From: Oligoflexia bacterium
GTDB taxonomy: Bacteria > Bdellovibrionota > UBA1018 > CAIPTA01
NCBI GenBank assembly: GCA_903867855.1
Contig: CAIPTA010000144.1
Span: forward strand, 10,284-74,283
Direction of reading: 5' to 3'
DNA length: 64,000 bases
Both the position numbers and the translations under genes were made by a program. A model generated the notes under the pieces. That model saw only the letters and a list, made by a program, of their open reading frames with translations, had not been told where the DNA came from and searched no databases. Numbering within the stretch: position 1 is the stretch's first letter; each line of letters begins with the position of its first letter. Positions 57,711 through 64,000 of this stretch are shown piece after piece.

Positions 57711-58631
57711 TCAGGCGTTGCTTTTCTTCCAGCTCAAGTAGGCGCCAATCGCGAAAACGAAAAGAATGCTCGTGAGTCCAAGGCTCGAGAGGGGGCCAGC
57801 GCTGCCTCCCGAAAGCGACGAAATCATTTTCGTATTCTCTTTAAACAGGAAAAAGCTGGGGCTCGAATGAGTCCAGAGGGGTAATCCAGCGAAGGAGTGG
57901 AGTGCTCCGTAGAGCGCAGAGAGGAAGCCGAGCCCACGGTGGGCGCGCCCACTTTTTAAATAGAAAAAACCAAGTGTGATATTTAGCAGGAGCAAGTTGA
58001 TATAATCGAGAGGCACGAGCTGAAACTGAACCCACTTCAGTGCGATATAAATAACGGAAGTGAGCAGGACAGCCCGCATCGGGCTCATCATTTCGTGAAT
58101 TTTGCGCAGCAGTTTATGGCGAAAGAGAAATTCTTCGCAAAAGATAAAAACGATGAGCGAGAGAAGATCCATGAAGAAGAGCGGGAAAACTGGTGTGCCA
58201 ATGGCCGAGGTAATATAGGTGCCGAGATAAACGATGGCTCCCGCGATGGCGAATACTAAAATATAGATGAAGGCCACAGAGAGGCCGCTACTTAAGCCGC
58301 GGAAAAATTCTTCCTTCGCTCTCCGTTCTAGCTGCCAAAAACTGCGATGACTATCATTCCAAAATGTTTGGTGTTGGTAGAGCGCACGATCGCCGAGCCA
58401 AAGAGTAACGGTGACAAACGCAGCACCCACCGCATAGGCTAAAAAGATATACTGGCTCGCTACCTCATTCACCGTATTAGAAAAATCGAGACCCACCTTA
58501 CCCTTCACTAGCACCAAGCTAGAAACAATGGTGAATAAGAGCGTGTTCACGATCTTATTCACCAAGGAGTAGATGATGGGAAATAGAAGCAGGAATCGAT
58601 AGCGACGAAGCTGAAGGAGTTGCTGTGTCAT
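57711..58631 (-). CDS. CPBP-family intramembrane metalloprotease
   Basis: 306 aa, polytopic. EEFLFRH (EExxxR motif) and a later ALHSF His motif. Confidence 0.7.
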   Translation of the reverse strand: MTQQLLQLRRYRFLLLFPIIYSLVNKIVNTLLFTIVSSLVLVKGKVGLDFSNTVNEVASQYIFLAYAVGAAFVTVTLWLGDRALYQHQTFWNDSHRSFWQLERRAKEEFFRGLSSGLSVAFIYILVFAIAGAIVYLGTYITSAIGTPVFPLFFMDLLSLIVFIFCEEFLFRHKLLRKIHEMMSPMRAVLLTSVIYIALKWVQFQLVPLDYINLLLLNITLGFFYLKSGRAHRGLGFLSALYGALHSFAGLPLWTHSSPSFFLFKENTKMISSLSGGSAGPLSSLGLTSILFVFAIGAYLSWKKSNA

Positions 58632-60049
58632 TGCAGAATATTCCAGCCCTTCGTGGCTTGGGAGAAGCGTTTTTGGTTTACGATCGAGCCGGCAGGAAAG
58701 GATTGGCGTGCAATGGCATTCGGCGTGAAGCTACTTAAGCGTTCCACGCGATAGTCGATGCCGATCATATTTTCAGAAAGCCAGCTGGCCCAGGGCATGC
58801 TCCGGCTTTGCGAAATTCGTTTCAAAAAACTTAAGGGTGCGCCGCTTGCATAACCTGCGCGAGAAACACACTCCACCGCTTCTTGATCCACTAGAATCTC
58901 ATCCGCCACATCCACATTTTTGCTTTCCAAGGTGGATTGATCCTTGAGCACCTGTAACCATTGCTCCTCGGATAGATTCGCGAGCTCTTCAGGCCATTTT
59001 TTTCCAAAGCTCACCTTACTTGGTGGAATGTGCACTGCCCGAACCATCGGACGAATCAGTAAATAGGCCAGCTCTGCTTCATTGCTCGCTGTATCGATTG
59101 CCCGCGCACTAACAGCAAAATAGCCACCAGGTAGCTCAAGCTGTAGCCATGGATTTTTCTCTTCCAGATGTGACTTCAATTGGTAGATGCGAAAAATATT
59201 CCAATGCCGCTTCTGCCAATAGGCTTGGATTTTTTTTGGACAAGCCTCCAGAGTTCTTTCCGCAATGGCCTTCATATACACAAAGCCATCCACTTCATCG
59301 TGGGAGAGCTGGGGCATCGTGAAATATTTATTGATCATGTAGCGCCCGAGAATCGCAGACTTCACTTTTGTGTTCAGGGCGGGAATTCGCGGTGCGCTTA
59401 AAATCTTTTTTCGCCTTTTCATGGCTTCCGCCTGATGGGCATTTTGCTTGGCCGTGAATTCTTGTTTCAAAAAGTCGAGATCGGCTCCAAGCAATCCGTA
59501 AGAATCCTTGGGAGCATCAGCCGCCTCGGCGATCGATTCGAGTTGCAGAGAGGCGCTATTGCTATTTCCCATTTGCTCATCGAAATGTCGGAAAGCCAGC
59601 ATTGTCTTCCGGCTAAGCACGAGGTTTTCGAGAAAATTGAAATTCAGAAAGGGATTTTCGAGAGCATTGATGCCCATTTTTTTCCAAGCGAGGTTGGAGT
59701 AATAGCTGCTTAGGTACACTTCCTCTGTTTGCGCCTTGCTCGCGGTATTTTCATCGCCAGGAAGCAGGAGCATTCGGCTATAGATCCAGCCAGACGGCGC
59801 CTCATCCTTCGCCTTCATATTTTTTAGTGCTGCGGGCTTACCAAAGAGCCAGCGACCGAAAACTTTTTCTACCTGGAACTCATCCCCAGTTTGAATCCGG
59901 CCTCCCCAAATGGGAGAAAGCTTTTCCGTGGGAGCCTCAAAGAGCGGACTTTTTCGTAGCTCCACCCAAGCTCCACCGATGCGAGGCTCGTCAGCAAGGC
60001 ACGCGGTGCTGACTAAAAAAAAGCATAGAGAGGCGAATAATTTCTGCAT
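58628..60049 (-). CDS. Secreted hypothetical protein coupled to the CPBP protease
   Basis: 473 aa. Signal peptide MQKLFASLCFFLVSTACLA. ATGA overlap with the downstream gene. No recognisable domain. Confidence 0.55.
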   Translation of the reverse strand: MQKLFASLCFFLVSTACLADEPRIGGAWVELRKSPLFEAPTEKLSPIWGGRIQTGDEFQVEKVFGRWLFGKPAALKNMKAKDEAPSGWIYSRMLLLPGDENTASKAQTEEVYLSSYYSNLAWKKMGINALENPFLNFNFLENLVLSRKTMLAFRHFDEQMGNSNSASLQLESIAEAADAPKDSYGLLGADLDFLKQEFTAKQNAHQAEAMKRRKKILSAPRIPALNTKVKSAILGRYMINKYFTMPQLSHDEVDGFVYMKAIAERTLEACPKKIQAYWQKRHWNIFRIYQLKSHLEEKNPWLQLELPGGYFAVSARAIDTASNEAELAYLLIRPMVRAVHIPPSKVSFGKKWPEELANLSEEQWLQVLKDQSTLESKNVDVADEILVDQEAVECVSRAGYASGAPLSFLKRISQSRSMPWASWLSENMIGIDYRVERLSSFTPNAIARQSFPAGSIVNQKRFSQATKGWNILQ

Positions 60050-60127
60050 GTTGGTCTAGTGTAGTGTTCCCGCAAAAGCTTTACAAGACTACCCAAGCAA
60101 TGGGAAGGATGCTAGGCTCTAAAAAGT

Positions 60128-60838
60128 ATGTTGATCTCACTCCGCCAAGTAGCGAAAGCGTATAGTCCGAACTCTTTAGTGCTCAGAAACGTAAATCTGG
60201 AGCTCGCTAAGGGAGAATTTCTTTTCGTGGTGGGCGATAGCGGTGTGGGCAAAACCACGCTGCTGAAGTTGATCACTGCTGAAGAATTCCCAACGGACGG
60301 ACAAGTTACTTTTGATGGCATTCGTTCAGAATTGGATTCCTCGAAGCTGCTTCGCTTCCGGCGCCGTGTGGGAGTGGTGCCACAGGACTATCGCTTGCTG
60401 AAGGATCGTACAGTTTACGACAATGTGGTGATCCCGCTTTTCTTTGGTCGCCATGGCACGAATTCTCCGCCCGTTAGTTTTATGGGTAAGGGCGCGCGCA
60501 AGTTGGTGGAAGACGCAGTGACCAATGTGGGTTTGCCCGTGAAAATTTTAGAAGCGCGAGTGCGCGAACTTTCTGGCGGGGAGCAGCAGCGCGTGGCCAT
60601 TGCCAGAGCCATTATTAATTCTCCGGATTTGCTGATTGCGGATGAGCCAACGGGGAGTTTGGATCACGACCATACTTGGACGGTGATGGACTTATTCCAA
60701 AAATTGAACCTTAAGGGCATGGCCTTTGTGGTGGCAACTCACGATCGGGAAATCATTCGCCGGGTTAGGAAGCGTACTTGTCATTTAAGTGGCGGCACCA
60801 TTCGGGTGGACGACCGTGAGGGCGCATGTATTTTTTAA
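60128..60838 (+). CDS. ftsE: Cell-division ABC transporter ATP-binding protein FtsE
   Basis: 236 aa. Walker A GDSGVGKTT, signature LSGGEQQR, Walker B LLIADEP. Followed by ftsX. Confidence 0.9.
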   Translation: MLISLRQVAKAYSPNSLVLRNVNLELAKGEFLFVVGDSGVGKTTLLKLITAEEFPTDGQVTFDGIRSELDSSKLLRFRRRVGVVPQDYRLLKDRTVYDNVVIPLFFGRHGTNSPPVSFMGKGARKLVEDAVTNVGLPVKILEARVRELSGGEQQRVAIARAIINSPDLLIADEPTGSLDHDHTWTVMDLFQKLNLKGMAFVVATHDREIIRRVRKRTCHLSGGTIRVDDREGACIF

Positions 60839-61707
60839 ACGCCGCTCTTCTAGGCATGAGTCGCCGCGTGGTGGCTTCCATTCTAGTAATTTTTGGTGGC
60901 GCTGCTTTGCTCGCAGCCATGGCATCCATTGGACTTTGGTCGCACTGGGTGGGCTGGCAAAAGCAAAATCTGCGAGCGAGCCGCACAGCGGCCGTATTCG
61001 TAGATAGCATTGATAAAAATGTGGTGGAAGAAGTGCTCACGCAAGTGATGCAAGTGCCTGGAGTGGAATCGGCTCGGGTAGTGAGTCCGGAAGAGTTCAC
61101 TGCTTTCCTGAAGCAACATTTTCCTGATTTGGCAGCGGCAACGGTGGAGCTTGGTGATAGCGTAATTCCGCGCACTCTCGAAGTTGTTTTTCCTCTCGAT
61201 TCCGATACTTTTTCTAGGCAGCATAGTGCGGATCAGATCAAGGCCATTAAAAATGTGACCCGCATCGATGATGGCGCGGATCGCTTGGGTGCTGCAATTC
61301 ATTCCCTCGCGTGGCTGAGTTATGGCGGAATTTGTTTAACGATTGGCTTGTGGCTCGTATTGCTCATTGTTTGTTTGGGCCACTACCAAAGTATTTTTTA
61401 TACTGATTCCCAAGAGATTCAGCTCATTCGAAGCTTTGGCGCCTCGAAGTTTTCGATTTTCTTGCCATGGCTATTAGAAGCGGTATTTCAAAGTTTGATC
61501 ACGGGAATCGTGGTGGTGCTTTCTTTGGTTTTTGGTCGAGGCTACCTAACGGAAGTCTATAACCAGTTCTTCGGATCCTTGGGCTACGAGCCCTTTGTAT
61601 TAGAAAATAAAAATTTTTTGATCGTCTCGATGGCGATTTTTCTATTGGCTCTAGTGGCCCATGTACTCGGTGGACTTTTCGCGTTGATGCGAGGAAAAAT
61701 TGCATAA
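60826..61707 (+). CDS. ftsX: Cell-division permease FtsX
   Basis: 293 aa. One N-terminal TM helix, a periplasmic loop domain, and three C-terminal TM helices. Overlaps ftsE. Confidence 0.8.
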   Translation: MYFLNAALLGMSRRVVASILVIFGGAALLAAMASIGLWSHWVGWQKQNLRASRTAAVFVDSIDKNVVEEVLTQVMQVPGVESARVVSPEEFTAFLKQHFPDLAAATVELGDSVIPRTLEVVFPLDSDTFSRQHSADQIKAIKNVTRIDDGADRLGAAIHSLAWLSYGGICLTIGLWLVLLIVCLGHYQSIFYTDSQEIQLIRSFGASKFSIFLPWLLEAVFQSLITGIVVVLSLVFGRGYLTEVYNQFFGSLGYEPFVLENKNFLIVSMAIFLLALVAHVLGGLFALMRGKIA

Positions 61708-62866
61708 GTATTCCGGTGCATTCCTTTTGGTATTCCTTGCTGGGATAATCATCTCGGCTTCTGCGTCTGCGGCGTTGAGCAACAAGAAACAGGATTTGCA
61801 CGCTATTCAGGGCGAAATTTCTCGTCTGGAAACGGGTATGCAGAGTGCGAAACAGCAGGAAGCATCCCTCGCGGCCGATCTCCAAAAACTAGAAAAGCTG
61901 CTTAAGTTGCAGGCCCTCGAAATTCAGCTGAGCACTATCGAATTAGAGAAGCTCGGAGAGCGCGTGCAGGAGATGATGTCGCGCGAAGATTCTTTAAGCC
62001 AAAGCATTGATAATCGGAAAAAACGGATTCGAAATTTACTTTCCGTATTGCCAACGCTCGAAAGCCAAAACTCTTTTGCAAGACTCATGGATGAAAATCG
62101 CATTTATACTTTCCAATATCGAGAAGTGGTGGCGCGCCTCCTTCGCGATGATAGAGAAGAAATTTTATCCCTTCGAAAAGTTTTAGGTGAAGTGGATGCC
62201 TTAAATGAAAAGCTGCGGGAAGAAAAAGATCGTCTTGCGGCTCATGCCGACGATCTAAAAGAACAACAGGAAATTCTTACGCTCAATAAAAATTTGAAGA
62301 AAGACTTATTGCGCAAAAATCATAAGGAGCAATCTCAGCGCCTGCATGCCTACCAAGCGGCCAAAGCAGCAGAGAGTGAGCTCGAAACGATGTTGAGTAG
62401 AATTAATATTGCCGCAGAAAATCGTCAGCGGGCAGAGCCTGTGCCCACTGTGCCTGCGCCAAAAGGAACGAGTTTTGCGAGTCAGCGCGGGCGCTTACCA
62501 TTACCTGTTACTGGGGAAGTGGTAACTCCCTTCGGCAGAAAGTATGATGCGGCAACGAGCTTGTACACGTTTCATAAAGGCGTGGATATTCGTGCCAGTG
62601 CTTCCTCTCCAGTGCGAGCCGTATTTGGTGGCAAGGTAGTGTATTCCGGCCATATCGGCGGTTACGGTCAGCTTTTGATATTAGATCATGGAGATCAATA
62701 CTATAGCTTGGTGGGTCAGCTCGGGGATATTTTGAAAAAAGAGGGAGATAGCATTGCTGCAGGAGAGATGATCGCCCGCACTGCTCCGGATAGCACTCCA
62801 CTTTATTTTGAAATTCGTCAACGTCATATAGCCGTTAATCCGGTACCGTGGTTCGCAGGAAAATAA
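61700..62866 (+). CDS. envC: Murein hydrolase activator EnvC-like (coiled coil plus M23/LytM domain)
   Basis: 388 aa. Long coiled coil, then HKGVDI ... YGQLLILDHGDQYYSLVGQL ... LYFEIR. Confidence 0.8.
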   Translation: MHKYSGAFLLVFLAGIIISASASAALSNKKQDLHAIQGEISRLETGMQSAKQQEASLAADLQKLEKLLKLQALEIQLSTIELEKLGERVQEMMSREDSLSQSIDNRKKRIRNLLSVLPTLESQNSFARLMDENRIYTFQYREVVARLLRDDREEILSLRKVLGEVDALNEKLREEKDRLAAHADDLKEQQEILTLNKNLKKDLLRKNHKEQSQRLHAYQAAKAAESELETMLSRINIAAENRQRAEPVPTVPAPKGTSFASQRGRLPLPVTGEVVTPFGRKYDAATSLYTFHKGVDIRASASSPVRAVFGGKVVYSGHIGGYGQLLILDHGDQYYSLVGQLGDILKKEGDSIAAGEMIARTAPDSTPLYFEIRQRHIAVNPVPWFAGK

Positions 62867-62930
62867 ACTCCTCTAGTGCAGCCAGCGCCGAACTTTGAGA
62901 CCATATAGGCAATTGTCTTAAGGAGTTTCC

Positions 62931-64000
62931 ATGAAGAAATTTGTTTATCTATTTATCCTCTCTCTCTTGTTGATTCAGAACGGTGCGGAAGCCGCGAAGA
63001 AAAAGAAGAAAGATGAAACTCCTACTGCGTCTGCGGTTTCGAATGCAAAGTATGATGATATCGCCTTATTTGGGCGCGTGATCAATTTCATCGAAAAACA
63101 ATATGTGGATGAGGTGAAAACAAAAGATCTTGTTTATGGTGCGATCAAAGGAATGCTGGAGACTCTCGATCCCCATTCCAACTTCATGCCGCCTGAAATT
63201 TATACTCAGTTGAAAACGGATACGGCTGGAAAATTCGGCGGTCTCGGCATCGAAGTTTGGGTGAATAAAGATAATATTCTCACCGTAGTTTCTCCTATGG
63301 AAGGTACGCCTGCTTGGAAGGCGGGCATCAAGCCTGGAGATCGCATCATGAAAATCGACGGAGCTAGCACGAAGGGCATGAGCATCGTGGAAGCTACTAC
63401 CAAAATTCGCGGAGAGATCGGCACAGAGATTCAATTCACCATTGCCCGCGATGGAGTTACAAAACCTATCGAGTTTAAGCTGAAACGCGTTTCGATTGAT
63501 CTAAAAAGCGTGAAGAATGAACTACTCGCCGATGACTTTGGCTATATCCGCCTTAGCCACTTTCAAGAGCATTCCGCTACGGAAGTAAAAGATGCCATCA
63601 AGGCGATGGAAGCAAAGCATAAACTGAATGGTCTTGTGCTAGATATGCGCAATAATCCAGGCGGTCTTCTCGATCAGGCGGTGGACGTTTCTAATCTCTT
63701 CATCGATGGTGGGCCGATTGTTTCCACAATTGGTCGCAATAAGGATGATAAGGAAGTGAAATTTGCAAAGTCGGGAATTGCCCGCCTTGATTTCCCTATG
63801 GTTGTGCTGGTGAACGGGAACTCTGCCTCGGCCGCAGAAATTGTTGCTGGCGCACTGAAAGATCATAAGCGAGCTCTCATTGTAGGTAGCAGAACATTTG
63901 GAAAAGGCTCTGTGCAAACCGTAATTCCTCTAGCCGAAGATGTTGGCCTCAAACTCACCATTGCGCGCTACTATACTCCCAATGGCACCTCGATTCAGGC
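62931..64000 (+). CDS. ctpA: Carboxy-terminal processing protease (S41), partial; continues past the window end
   Basis: My own translation from ATG 62931 (SD AAGGAG upstream): signal peptide, PDZ segment GIKPGDRIMKIDG, LDMRNNPGGLL, catalytic region NGNSASAAEIVAGAL ... GSRTFGKGSVQ. Not in the ORF track because there is no stop in the window. Confidence 0.85.
   Translation, partial: MKKFVYLFILSLLLIQNGAEAAKKKKKDETPTASAVSNAKYDDIALFGRVINFIEKQYVDEVKTKDLVYGAIKGMLETLDPHSNFMPPEIYTQLKTDTAGKFGGLGIEVWVNKDNILTVVSPMEGTPAWKAGIKPGDRIMKIDGASTKGMSIVEATTKIRGEIGTEIQFTIARDGVTKPIEFKLKRVSIDLKSVKNELLADDFGYIRLSHFQEHSATEVKDAIKAMEAKHKLNGLVLDMRNNPGGLLDQAVDVSNLFIDGGPIVSTIGRNKDDKEVKFAKSGIARLDFPMVVLVNGNSASAAEIVAGALKDHKRALIVGSRTFGKGSVQTVIPLAEDVGLKLTIARYYTPNGTSIQ

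Noticed and set aside
1-64000. I searched for CRISPR arrays, IS elements or transposases, integrases, prophage genes, tRNA/rRNA genes and toxin-antitoxin or classic defence cassettes.
   Set aside because: I saw no direct-repeat arrays, no recombinase or transposase-like translations, no tRNA T-arm/acceptor signatures in the intergenic regions, and no recognisable defence domains. The window is essentially core chromosome apart from the loci listed in the findings.

Overview
This window is about 64 kb of densely packed, mostly housekeeping chromosome from a Gram-negative, flagellated bacterium. Gene content (flbD-motAB, tolQRAB plus pal-cpoB, LPS heptose genes, SpoIID, tandem KamA paralogues, many signal-peptide orphan proteins) suggests a Bdellovibrio-like or delta-proteobacterial-type lineage, but that is inference only. 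I support about 70 CDS, many joined by 4-nt ATGA overlaps. I found no rRNA, tRNA, CRISPR array, transposase or integrase. The standout is the only long non-coding gap (29926-30582). It holds a sigma70-like promoter and a sequence that matches the c-di-GMP class I (GEMM-I) riboswitch aptamer element by element. About 300 nt of further GNRA-hairpin-rich structured RNA follows, ending in a strong intrinsic terminator, with no downstream ORF on that strand. This looks like an orphan, stand-alone riboswitch RNA with a large uncharacterised 3' domain. Secondary points of interest: a lipoprotein fusing a degenerate phosphoesterase-like domain to a tetra-haem cytochrome c at the end of the pal-cpoB operon; two tandem KamA-type radical-SAM aminomutases; a block of five signal-peptide orphan proteins, including a Cys-rich mini-protein; queC coupled to a DUF366-like gene; and a chemoreceptor with a polytopic His-rich membrane module coupled to a thioredoxin-like protein. 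All calls come from reading the sequence and ORF translations. No database search or RNA folding software was run, and RNA boundaries are approximate.
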